Shown piece after piece: positions 53,095-61,881 of a DNA stretch of 64,000 nucleotides. The notes beneath the pieces are model-generated. The model made no database searches and had not been told where the DNA came from. It worked only from the letters and a program-made list of their open reading frames with translations. Source of the stretch: an uncultured Chloroflexia bacterium. Lineage in GTDB: Bacteria; Chloroflexota; Limnocylindria; Limnocylindrales; CSP1-4. Numbering within the stretch: the first letter of the stretch is position 1; each line of letters opens with the position of its first letter. The translations under genes and the position numbers were made by a program. The stretch covers positions 576,001 through 640,000 of the forward strand of contig CAVVYR010000006.1 of assembly GCA_963752475.1 (NCBI GenBank), read 5' to 3'.

Positions 53095-54000
53095 ATGCGT
53101 GCGCTGACCGTGGCCCTGGCCCTGCTGCTCGCGACCGTGCCCGTGTCGGCCGCGGACGAGGCCGGGTCGACGGGCGAGCTCGATGTCGTCCTGGACTCGA
53201 CCCAGCACTGGGTCGGCACGAATGACGTCCTTCTGAGCGTCTACGACGCCACCACCGGGGAGTCGCTCGCCGATGCCGCCAGCCCGCTCCGGCTGCGGTT
53301 CACCGCACCGGGCGGCGGGGTCATCAACAGTCAGCCGGCGATCGAGAAGTACGCGACCTACGGGCGTCGCCTCTACCGGGCGCGTGTCACGTTCGAGGAG
53401 CTCGGTGACTGGTCGGTCGCGGTGGAAGCGACCATCGAAGGGGAGGAGTACCACGGTGATGGGCGTCTGGAGGTGTGGCCGGACATGGGCACGCCCGCCC
53501 TCGATGCGCTCGTGCCCGGTGGAGACACCCCGACGATGCGTGATGCCCATAGCCTCATGCACCACATCAGTTCCGACCCCGAGCCATTGACCGCGTTCTA
53601 CACCTGGACGCTCGACGACGCCCTCGCGCAGCATCAGCCGACGGTGTTCGTGCTTGATTCCTACGCCTTCCGCCCCAACGCTGCCTGCGGTGGTGCGCTG
53701 GGCATCCTTCACGAGGTCTTCATCGACTACCCCGGTCTGACCGTCATCCACGCCGAGCCATGGCATATGGCCATGGGACGCGACGGACACATGCTCGAGC
53801 TCGACCCGCCCGGGGGGCCGGCCGTGCTCACCGACTACGCCGAGGCCTGGGGTATCGAGGAGCCGCCGTGGGTCTTCGTCATCGACCGGGACGGGCGCCT
53901 GCAAGCGAAGTTCACCGGCATCATCGGTAGCGACGAATTGCGGGCGGCGATCACCTCGGTGACGCCCTGGCGCCCGGTGGGCGGTGGAGGCTCGACCTAG
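53095..54000 (+). CDS. secreted protein with C-terminal thioredoxin-like domain
   Basis: Signal peptide; beta-rich N-domain; AACGG, IHAEPW, WGIEEPPWVFVIDRDG. Confidence 0.7.
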   Translation: MRALTVALALLLATVPVSAADEAGSTGELDVVLDSTQHWVGTNDVLLSVYDATTGESLADAASPLRLRFTAPGGGVINSQPAIEKYATYGRRLYRARVTFEELGDWSVAVEATIEGEEYHGDGRLEVWPDMGTPALDALVPGGDTPTMRDAHSLMHHISSDPEPLTAFYTWTLDDALAQHQPTVFVLDSYAFRPNAACGGALGILHEVFIDYPGLTVIHAEPWHMAMGRDGHMLELDPPGGPAVLTDYAEAWGIEEPPWVFVIDRDGRLQAKFTGIIGSDELRAAITSVTPWRPVGGGGST

Positions 54001-55277
54001 GGGCTCTCGCCCGGTTCCACCCGCAGCTCCGCCTCTGCTTCCGCGATGCGGACCACGATGCCGTCGCGCAACTGGTCCAATCCGGCGTTGACGGCCTTGG
54101 CCGCGGTGCCGATGGTGGTCAGCTTCATCTTGAGCCCGCGCACCGCGTCGAGCTCGGCCCGGACTCGCTCGAGGGCCTCGTGGACCGCGTCCGCATCGAC
54201 GTCACCCTCGGTGTCACGAGTAACGGCCATGGCCAGTAGGCGAGCCAGGCGCACGGCGGCATCGAGCGTCGCGGGCTCGGGGTCGTCAGGGTCGATGGCG
54301 CAGTAGACGTCACCCATGCGCACATCGAAGGGCGCGATCCCGGCGGGTGCGTGTGCGGTGCTGAAGACCACGAGCCCGACGGCGGCATCGCGGTTGCGCT
54401 TGGCCTCCGAGATCTCGTCGCGCATGGCGCGACCGCTGATGGCACGGTCCTTGGCCTCGACCACGATGCGCACCGCGGAGCCCCGCGTGGTGGCCGGATC
54501 GACCGTCAGGACGAAATCACCCTTCTTGGAGCGCAGGATGTTGCCAGCCTCGTCCGAGGTGCGCTCGACGAGGTGGTCCGTGCCACGGACCGTATCCGAG
54601 AGCATGCCCTCGAGCAGGTCCTCGAAGTCGGCACCCTTCGCGGCTGACCTGGAGCGCTCGTCGGCACGTGCCGTGGCCGCCGCCTCGATGGCCGCGAGGC
54701 GCTCGTTGAGGGCCTCGAAGCCCTTGCTTACCTCGCTGCGGAACTGGTGCAGCGGCGAGCCCATGCGCGTGGGGTCGAGCAACTGCGCCAGGCGCGAAGC
54801 GTCGCCGTCGAAGTAGTTGCCCAGTAGTACGCGCATACGGCCGATGGCCGAGTCGCGCCGCTCTTCATCGAAGAGCTCGCGGGTGAACGAGCGCAGCTGT
54901 CCACGGTCGCCTAGGAAGGTCTCCAGGGTGCGCGGCAGGCGTCCGTCGCCATCGGCGAAGTTCTGGCGCAGGACCTCGTCGACCTGGGCCGCGACGCGTT
55001 CGTTGAGCGTCGCCGTCTGGCGCACCATGGACTCGAACTCACGGCGCACGACATCGACGTCGAGCGAGGCGCCGGCGTCCTGCAGGGCCAGCAGCCCGAT
55101 GCGCAGCGCCCGCACGATGAGCTCCGGGCGGTCGTCGGCCGGACGGTCCGCCACGAACGTGGCCAGGCCCTGGTCGGCGAGGCTGAGCGACTCGATGGTG
55201 ATGTGCTCGCCACTGACCGAGACGTGGCTGCGGCTGACGGGAACGTCAGCGAGCGAGACGATGTTCGTGGCTTCCAT
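53997..55277 (-). CDS. coiled-coil PD-(D/E)XK protein (RmuC-like)
   Basis: Helical/coiled N-terminus, KGADFE, KKGDFV...IVVEAKD nuclease-like motif. Confidence 0.7.
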   Translation of the reverse strand: MEATNIVSLADVPVSRSHVSVSGEHITIESLSLADQGLATFVADRPADDRPELIVRALRIGLLALQDAGASLDVDVVRREFESMVRQTATLNERVAAQVDEVLRQNFADGDGRLPRTLETFLGDRGQLRSFTRELFDEERRDSAIGRMRVLLGNYFDGDASRLAQLLDPTRMGSPLHQFRSEVSKGFEALNERLAAIEAAATARADERSRSAAKGADFEDLLEGMLSDTVRGTDHLVERTSDEAGNILRSKKGDFVLTVDPATTRGSAVRIVVEAKDRAISGRAMRDEISEAKRNRDAAVGLVVFSTAHAPAGIAPFDVRMGDVYCAIDPDDPEPATLDAAVRLARLLAMAVTRDTEGDVDADAVHEALERVRAELDAVRGLKMKLTTIGTAAKAVNAGLDQLRDGIVVRIAEAEAELRVEPGESP

Positions 55278-55339
55278 GCCCCCACCGTGTCGACCGTCTG
55301 TGCCAGCTTGCGTGTCACGCGCTCGACTACCCTGTTCCG

Positions 55340-55870
55340 ATGCGCATCCTCATCGCCCACGGCGCCTCCGGCGGGGCCGCCTCCATGCAGCGCCACGTCG
55401 ACGGACTCGAGCAGCGCGGTATCAGGGCCACCGCCATCGACCTGCCGCTGCGCAAGGCGGAGAAGGCCGTGCCGGTCTATCGGGAGCACGTCGATGCGGC
55501 CGCCGAGCCACCGGGCGGGCTGGTCATCAGCGGGCAGTCGTACGGCGGCCGAGTGGCCAGCCTGCTGGCGGCCGACTCGGAGCCCTCGTGTGCCGCGCTC
55601 GTCTGCTTCAGCTATCCGCTCCATCGGCCCGGCCATCCCGACTGGGACGTCCGCAGCAGCCACTGGCCTGACATCGACGTGCCGGTGCTTCTGCTCTCGG
55701 GTGAGTCGGATCCCTTCGCCAAGCTCGACCTGCTCCGGCGCGCGATCGGAGAGCGCCTGCCGACCGCGCGGCTCATCACGTACCCCAAGGTGGGTCACAG
55801 CCTCAAGCCGGTGCTCGATGACGTGCTGGACCAGGCCGCCGCCTTCGTCGGGGAGCTCGAGGCGGCCTAG
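55340..55870 (+). CDS. small alpha/beta hydrolase
   Basis: IAHGASG, GQSYGGR, SYPLHRPG, SGESDPF, VGHSL. Confidence 0.88.
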   Translation: MRILIAHGASGGAASMQRHVDGLEQRGIRATAIDLPLRKAEKAVPVYREHVDAAAEPPGGLVISGQSYGGRVASLLAADSEPSCAALVCFSYPLHRPGHPDWDVRSSHWPDIDVPVLLLSGESDPFAKLDLLRRAIGERLPTARLITYPKVGHSLKPVLDDVLDQAAAFVGELEAA

Positions 55871-56670
55871 TTCGAACCTCGCGGGATCGATCGCTGCGAG
55901 CGTGACGGCACCGTCAGCGAGCCGCCGTTGGGCAGCACGCGTACGGTCGTGTCCGGTGCCATCCGTCGCACGAGCTGTGCGAACTGGTGGGGCGGGTCGA
56001 TCCGCGTCGACGGACGCATCCAGCTCAAGCCCACCGGATGGAGTGTGCCCCAGTGGATGGGCACGGCGATCCGTGGCTTGATGACCGCGGTGGCACGAGC
56101 CGCTCCCATGGGGTCGAGGTGTTCGTGCGGCTTGGCCGTCGGGCCCCAGCCCCATACCGGTAGCAGGGCCAGGTCAAGTCCGATGTCGAACTCGGCCATG
56201 GCGTCGAAGAAGGCGGTGTCACCGGCGAAGTAGACCGACTGTGAGCCGCGGATGATGAAGCCAAGGCAGAGGTCGGTGCCACCGACCGGCGGGCCGAAGC
56301 CCTTGTGCTCGGCATGGACGGCCTCGATGCGCACGCCGTCGATGGTCTTGGCATCGCCGGGCTCGAGTTCCGTGACGTCACGGAAGCCGTGCGACTCGAA
56401 CTCGGTGGCCATGCCGGTGCGGGCGATGAGCGGCACGTCGAAGCCCATCAGCTTGAGCGAGCCGTAGTCGAGATGATCCCAGTGTGAGTGCGAGATGAGT
56501 ACCGCATCGATGTCCGCATAGAGCTCGGGCGCCGGCGGGCCCGACGTGCGCGTGAGCGGGCCCACGCGCTCGCGCAAGATGGGGTCGGTGAGGACGCGCA
56601 CGCCGTCGATCTCGATGAGGATGGTGGCGTGGCCGAGGAAGGTCACGCGTGCGTTGCTCTTGTCGCTCAC
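55867..56670 (-). CDS. metallo-beta-lactamase fold hydrolase
   Basis: [32 protein letters not shown]. Confidence 0.9.
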   Translation of the reverse strand: MSDKSNARVTFLGHATILIEIDGVRVLTDPILRERVGPLTRTSGPPAPELYADIDAVLISHSHWDHLDYGSLKLMGFDVPLIARTGMATEFESHGFRDVTELEPGDAKTIDGVRIEAVHAEHKGFGPPVGGTDLCLGFIIRGSQSVYFAGDTAFFDAMAEFDIGLDLALLPVWGWGPTAKPHEHLDPMGAARATAVIKPRIAVPIHWGTLHPVGLSWMRPSTRIDPPHQFAQLVRRMAPDTTVRVLPNGGSLTVPSRSQRSIPRGSN

Positions 56671-56721
56671 GGGCCAAGTATCACCGAACGGCCGCGGTGG
56701 CATGAGCGGTACCATCGCAAC

Positions 56722-57831
56722 ATGGTCACGACTGAGACGATTCGCAGCGCACCCAAGGTGCTGCTGCACGATCATCTCGACGGCGGGCTGCGTCCAGCGT
56801 CCGTCATCGAGCTGGCCCACGAGACCGGCTACACCGGTCTCCCCACCGAGGACCCTGAGGAGCTCAGGGTCTGGTTCCGCTCAGGCGCGGACCGTGGTTC
56901 GCTGGAGCTCTATCTGGAGGGTTTCACCCACACCGTGGGCGTGATGCAGACGCCCGACACGATCGCTCGTGTGGCGTCGGAGTGTGCCCAGGACCTGGCC
57001 GCGGACGGCATCGTCTATGCCGAGGTCCGCTACGCGCCCGAGCTCTCCACCCAGGGTGGCCTGACCCTCGACGAGGTCATGAAGGCCTGGCTATCCGGCT
57101 TCGAGGGCGGCATGCGAGAGGCCGAAGCCGCTGGCAACCCGATCGTCATCCGGGCCATCGTCACGGCCATGCGTCAGTTCGCGCGCTCGGTGGAGATCGC
57201 CGAGCTCTCGGTCCGCTTCCGCGATCAGGGCGTGGTCGGCTTCGACATCGCCGGGCCCGAGGATGGCTTCCCGCCCAGTCGACACCTGGATGCCTTCCAG
57301 CTCATCCACCGCGAGAACTTCCACATCACCATCCACGCCGGCGAGGCCTTCGGGCTGCCCTCGATCTGGGAGGCGCTGCAGTGGTGTGGCGCCGAGCGCC
57401 TGGGTCACGGGGTGCGCATCGTGGACGACATCACGGTCACGCCTGACGGCGATATCAGCATGGGCCGGCTCGCGCAGTTCGTGCGCGACAACCGCATCCC
57501 GCTCGAGCTGTGCCCGACGTCCAACGTGCACACGGGCGCCGTCGATTCGATCGCGGACCATCCGATCGACCTGCTGCGACGACTGCGCTATCGCGTCACC
57601 GTCAACACCGACAACCGACTCATGAGCGATGTCACGCTGAGCGATGAGTTCGCGGCGCTCAGTGAGGCCTTCGACATCGGTCTTGACGAGATCCAGTGGC
57701 TCTCGACGAACGCGATGAAGTCCTCCTTCCTGGCCTTCGACGAGCGCTTGCGTCTGATCAACGGCGTCATCAAGCCGGGGTACGAGCGATTGAAGGCGGA
57801 TCTGCAGGCTCGCTCACCGCGCCTGGTCTAG
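56722..57831 (+). CDS. add: adenosine deaminase
   Basis: [45 protein letters not shown]. Confidence 0.95.
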   Translation: MVTTETIRSAPKVLLHDHLDGGLRPASVIELAHETGYTGLPTEDPEELRVWFRSGADRGSLELYLEGFTHTVGVMQTPDTIARVASECAQDLAADGIVYAEVRYAPELSTQGGLTLDEVMKAWLSGFEGGMREAEAAGNPIVIRAIVTAMRQFARSVEIAELSVRFRDQGVVGFDIAGPEDGFPPSRHLDAFQLIHRENFHITIHAGEAFGLPSIWEALQWCGAERLGHGVRIVDDITVTPDGDISMGRLAQFVRDNRIPLELCPTSNVHTGAVDSIADHPIDLLRRLRYRVTVNTDNRLMSDVTLSDEFAALSEAFDIGLDEIQWLSTNAMKSSFLAFDERLRLINGVIKPGYERLKADLQARSPRLV

Positions 57832-57977
57832 GCCGCGAGGTCCAGTACGACGGGCTCGTCTGCCCAATCGATGCTGGTGCCGCAGACAGCACAGCTGAAC
57901 GAAGCTTCTGGCTCCTCCGGCAGCGGGAAGGGCAGGTGGGCCGTTTCCTCGCACCAGGGGCAATCGACGACGACCAT
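57828..57977 (-). CDS. 49-aa zinc-ribbon protein ending in LAA
   Basis: GGAGG/GAGG RBS; CPWC...CAVC; C-terminus VVLDLAA. Confidence 0.75.
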   Translation of the reverse strand: MVVVDCPWCEETAHLPFPLPEEPEASFSCAVCGTSIDWADEPVVLDLAA

Positions 57978-58059
57978 CCTCGTGTCCTCCGTGGTGGGTA
58001 GCTGCCGCCGACAGTGGAGGACCGCTGTGCCAACTAGCGTGGCACGATGTGCGCCCAGA

Positions 58060-58152
58060 CACGAAGTAGCCCGGCGAGACCACCTCCGCGGCACCCAAGT
58101 GACTGGCGGACCAGCCTCTCCGGTTCCGTTTCGATGACCCCTCCGGGCTGCT
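58060..58152 (-). ncRNA. candidate structured small RNA or leader (long imperfect hairpin)
   Basis: Minus strand AGCCCGG/CCGGGCU, GGGGUCAUC/GGUGGUCUC (G-U pairs only on this strand), apical GGCUGG-UCCG-CCAGUC; promoter immediately upstream. Confidence 0.55.
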
Positions 58153-58156
58153 ATCT

Positions 58157-58266
58157 ACGATAGGGACGCAGTCGGGGCACCACAAGCGGCTTGTCCACGA
58201 ACTCGGAAGATTCCCTCGCGGCTCTTCCACGATCGATCCACATCGTTCGTCCACGATCGATCGACA
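58157..58266 (-). promoter_or_regulatory. sigma70-type promoter plus DnaA-box-like cluster
   Basis: TTGTGG (58185-80), 17-nt spacer, TATCGT (58162-57); plus-strand TTGTCCACG 58191, TCTTCCACG 58223, CGATCCACA 58234, TCGTCCACG 58247. Confidence 0.55.
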
Positions 58267-58314
58267 TCAGTTCGTGATGCACATCCGCGCCATCTGGTCG
58301 ATGATGCCTCGGAC

Positions 58315-59529
58315 ATGTTCCCGCGAAGCATCCCCCGCCTGTTCGCCACCACCGCCCTGGCCGTCGCGCTCGCCGTTCCGGCCATCGCGGCCGACGACAC
58401 CGACGCGCCGACCCTCGATGAGGACCTCATCGCCGAGGTCCTCGAGCTGCTCGAGGAGCGCTACGTCGACGATGACGCCCTGACCACCAAGAACCTCAGC
58501 GTCGGCGCCATCCGCGGCATCGTCGATGCCCTCGGCGACGACGGGCACACCCAGTACCTCACCGAGGAGGAGTACAAGGTCGAGCAGGAGATCCTCGATG
58601 GACGCGTCGCCGGCATCGGGGTGGTCCTCGATCAACGCTCCAGCGCCCCGCTCATCATCTCCGTCGTCGACGGCTCGCCAGCCGATAACGCCGGCGTCCA
58701 GGCCGGTGACATCATCGCCACCGTCGACGGCGTCGAGACGGCCCGGCTGCCGTTGGGAGAGCTCGGCGGCCTGGTGCGCGGAGAGCCCGGCACGCTCGTA
58801 CGCCTGGGCATCGAACGTCCTGGTGGCGCCGAGCTTCTGGACATCGGCATCCTGCGTGCCGACGTCGAGGTCGACCCGGTCGTCTGGGCCATGGCGCCTG
58901 GCTCGGATGTGGCAGTCATCCGCATCGTGCAGTTCTCCGTCGGCTCGGGCCACCAGGTGCGCGAGGCGGTCGAGCAGGCCATCGATGAGGGCACCACCGG
59001 CTTCGTGCTCGACCTGCGCGGCAACCCAGGCGGCCTCGTCAACGAGACGCTCAACGCCATGAGCGCATTCCTCGACGAGGGCGTGGCCTTCCTTGAGCGC
59101 GGACGCGATGAGGACGCCATCGAGGTCAGTGTGGATCCTGGGCGGGCGCTCGACACCGAACTCCCCATCGTCGCGCTCGTGGACTACGGCACCGCCAGCG
59201 CCGGCGAGATCCTGGCCGCGGGCTTGCGCGACAACGGCCGGGCCAGGATCGTGGGTGAGCAGACGTTCGGTACCGGCACCATCCTCAACACCATCCGCCT
59301 CAGCGACCAGTCGGCGCTGCGGCTCGGCGTTCGTGAGTGGCTGACACCGGCGGGGGAGGGCGTCTTCCGCCTCGGTGTGACACCCGACGAGCACGTCTCA
59401 TTGCCGCTGGGTAGCACACGGCTGAGCCCGCCCGACTTCCTGACCCTGACGCCGGTCGACTTCGAGACCAGCGAGGACGTGCCCCTGCGGCACGCCGTCC
59501 GCCTCGCCGAGGCCGGCGCTCGCTCCTAG
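58315..59529 (+). CDS. S41 family C-terminal processing protease with PDZ domain
   Basis: Signal peptide, GIGVVL, GSPADNAGVQAGD, LDLRGNPGG, TASAGE, GEQTFGTG, GVTPD. Confidence 0.9.
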   Translation: MFPRSIPRLFATTALAVALAVPAIAADDTDAPTLDEDLIAEVLELLEERYVDDDALTTKNLSVGAIRGIVDALGDDGHTQYLTEEEYKVEQEILDGRVAGIGVVLDQRSSAPLIISVVDGSPADNAGVQAGDIIATVDGVETARLPLGELGGLVRGEPGTLVRLGIERPGGAELLDIGILRADVEVDPVVWAMAPGSDVAVIRIVQFSVGSGHQVREAVEQAIDEGTTGFVLDLRGNPGGLVNETLNAMSAFLDEGVAFLERGRDEDAIEVSVDPGRALDTELPIVALVDYGTASAGEILAAGLRDNGRARIVGEQTFGTGTILNTIRLSDQSALRLGVREWLTPAGEGVFRLGVTPDEHVSLPLGSTRLSPPDFLTLTPVDFETSEDVPLRHAVRLAEAGARS

Positions 59530-59614
59530 AAGACCACAGCAGACCCAACCGTCCGCCACCGGACCGAACCATCGTCCCGTAGCCCGGCGGACGTCGAGGT
59601 CACAGTCTGGACGC

Positions 59615-60421
59615 GTGCTGTCCGAGTCCCTGCCTGCGCGTCGCCTGATCACGCTCGTGCTCGTCATCGCCTTCGTCGTCGGCGTCATCGGCCTCGCGCC
59701 ACGGCCGGGCGTCGCCGCATCGCCGCCGGGGCGTGACGACCAGCTCCGCTTCATGTGGGCCATGGCCGGCCAGGAGTCGGGCTGGAACTACCTCGCGCGC
59801 AACACCAGCTCAGGGGCGTTCGGCAAGTACCAGATCATGCCCTTCAACTGGCCGGCGTGGGCCGAGAAGTACCTCGGCGACGGCCATGCCGATCAGACGC
59901 CGTACAACCAGGAGAAGGTGGCCTACGGCAAGATCCGCGACCTCTACCTCTGGCTGGGCTCGTGGAAGCGCGTGGCCTACTGGTGGCTGACCGGTAGGAC
60001 CGAGAGGAACGAGAAGAAGTGGTCGAGCTACGCCACCGGCTACGTCAAGAACATCATGAGGCTGCGCAGGAAGGCGCCGCGGAAGGGCTCGGGCATGCCC
60101 CCGAAGACGAGCTCGACCCCCTCGAAGGGTGACTGGCGACGGTCGGCCGAGGCGCAGCCGCTTCGCGTCACGGTCGGCGGCAGGGCCTGGCCGAAGCGCG
60201 GAAAGTTGAAGGACGGCCAGGTGCTGAAGGTGCGCGCTTCCAGGCGCACAGCCGATGGAGTGCGCTGGGTCCGCGTCGTGACCGCCGACGGGCGCTTGGG
60301 TTGGCTCAGGCAGTCACGCACGGTGCCCGCCGCGAAGCCCTCGGCCGCCAGGCGCTGGAACGACGTCAGGGACGAAGGTGCGTCGGTCGGCCGCAAGCAG
60401 GTGCGGCCGAAGCCACGGTAG
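59615..60421 (+). CDS. secreted lysozyme-like/transglycosylase protein with SH3-like C-terminus
   Basis: QESGWNY (catalytic Glu), SSGAFGKYQIMP; C-terminal WVRVVTADGRLGWL. Confidence 0.8.
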   Translation: MLSESLPARRLITLVLVIAFVVGVIGLAPRPGVAASPPGRDDQLRFMWAMAGQESGWNYLARNTSSGAFGKYQIMPFNWPAWAEKYLGDGHADQTPYNQEKVAYGKIRDLYLWLGSWKRVAYWWLTGRTERNEKKWSSYATGYVKNIMRLRRKAPRKGSGMPPKTSSTPSKGDWRRSAEAQPLRVTVGGRAWPKRGKLKDGQVLKVRASRRTADGVRWVRVVTADGRLGWLRQSRTVPAAKPSAARRWNDVRDEGASVGRKQVRPKPR

Positions 60422-60460
60422 AGGTGGTCGGTCGCCCAGTCGTTACGAAGGCCGGGCGGC

Positions 60461-61672
60461 CTACTTGACCTCGATGATCTTGTACATGAACTGCGCTGCC
60501 GGGGTCACCACCACCACCTCGTCCCCCTCGCGGTGGCCGAGCAGCGACTTGCCCACCGGTGAAGCCGAGCTGATCTTGCCAGCCATCGGATCCGACTCGG
60601 CGGAGCCCACGATCTTGAGCTCCTCGCGTTCTCCCTCGATCTCGTAGATGACGGTCGAGCCCATGCTGATCGAGCCGCCGACGGCGGTCTCGATGACCAC
60701 TGCGGTGCGGAGCTTCTGCTCCAGCTCGATGATGCGGCCCTCGAGGAATGACTGCTCGTTGCGCGCGGCCTCGTAGTCCGCGTTCTCACGGAGGTCGCCC
60801 AGCTCGCGGGCGGCCGCAACGCGTGCCACGACCTCTGGTCGTTCGACGGTGGTCAGTCGCACCATCTCTGCCTGCATGGAGGCGAGGCCCTCGGCCGTCA
60901 CCGGTGTCGGGGCATCCTTCCTGGACACCGCTGCGGCCTTGGCAGCAGCCTTGTTGCCGGCGGTCGCCTTGGTCGCCGTCTTGCGTGGACTGCGGGTCGA
61001 ACCCGTGGTCTTGGAGGCGGCCCGTCGCTTGCCCTTGGTGTCGGAGCGCTTGACGTTCGACTTCTTGGTCGGCGTCAGCTCGACCGCCAGCAAGGCATCG
61101 GTCAGGCCGGTGTCGCGCGGTGGGTTGGTGGGGGAGTCGAGGTTGGCCCAGGGCAGCACCGCTGCACCATCGGGCAGGTTCGCCTTGTCCTCGTCGGAGA
61201 CACTGTCGGCGAAGGCTTCGATGAGCACGTCCTCGTACTCCTCGGGTGCGTCGGTCTCTGCCCACCACAGTCGCAGGCTGTTGAGCTCGCGCAGCACCCT
61301 GAGCCAGTGGCCGCCGGGATGTGGTCGGGCGTGGCCGAGCTCGGTGGCATAGAGCGACGCCACGCGGGCACTGAGGCTCTTGGCCGTGCGGCCGACGTAG
61401 ACCAGCTGCTGGTTCGGGATCCAGAAGGTGCGCATCCGCTCGGCGAGGGTGGACTGGGTGGGCCGCTCGCCGTCCATCTTCAACTCGGGTACGCGCTCCA
61501 GCCAGTGGCGGACCTCGTCGATGTCGATGTTGCAGTGCTCGGAGGGCTCCGGCAGCTCGACGGCGAAGATGCCGGGCTTGCGGGAGGTGGGCTTCCCGCC
61601 CCAGCGGGCGGGGCCGTCGACATCGAGGCCGATGGAACGCAGCAGTTCGGCTGCGGAAGGTGCAGGGGACAT
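60461..61672 (-). CDS. greA: transcription elongation factor GreA fused to an N-terminal GIY-YIG-like domain
   Basis: C-terminal ARELGDLRENADYEAAR, ISSASPVGKSLLG; N-terminal PGIFAV...LVYVGRT...LSARV...EEYED...LPWANL. Confidence 0.88.
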   Translation of the reverse strand: MSPAPSAAELLRSIGLDVDGPARWGGKPTSRKPGIFAVELPEPSEHCNIDIDEVRHWLERVPELKMDGERPTQSTLAERMRTFWIPNQQLVYVGRTAKSLSARVASLYATELGHARPHPGGHWLRVLRELNSLRLWWAETDAPEEYEDVLIEAFADSVSDEDKANLPDGAAVLPWANLDSPTNPPRDTGLTDALLAVELTPTKKSNVKRSDTKGKRRAASKTTGSTRSPRKTATKATAGNKAAAKAAAVSRKDAPTPVTAEGLASMQAEMVRLTTVERPEVVARVAAARELGDLRENADYEAARNEQSFLEGRIIELEQKLRTAVVIETAVGGSISMGSTVIYEIEGEREELKIVGSAESDPMAGKISSASPVGKSLLGHREGDEVVVVTPAAQFMYKIIEVK

Positions 61673-61881
61673 GCCCAAAGGGTGACACAAAGCGTGCGGT
61701 CACTCCCTGCGAGGCGGGGTGCCACCTGCCAGAGCGCCGCGACGTCGGAGGCGGTAGCGCGTTCCACCGATCGCCTTGAGCTGGAACGTCGGCCCGTCCA
61801 CCTGCAGGTAAGCCAGGGATAAGTGGTCGGACGCTAGACTGCGGTGCACTTGTCCGTCGCCAGCGAGGATCGTCACCAACG

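Noticed and set aside
58063-58084. yybP-ykoY riboswitch (AGTAGC...GGCGAGACC)
   Set aside because: The two conserved segments are adjacent with no intervening arms, and there is no suitable downstream gene
58231-58286. FNR/CRP sites (GAT-N4-ATC cores)
   Set aside because: Flanking TT/AA bases are absent; better explained by the TCCAC box repeats
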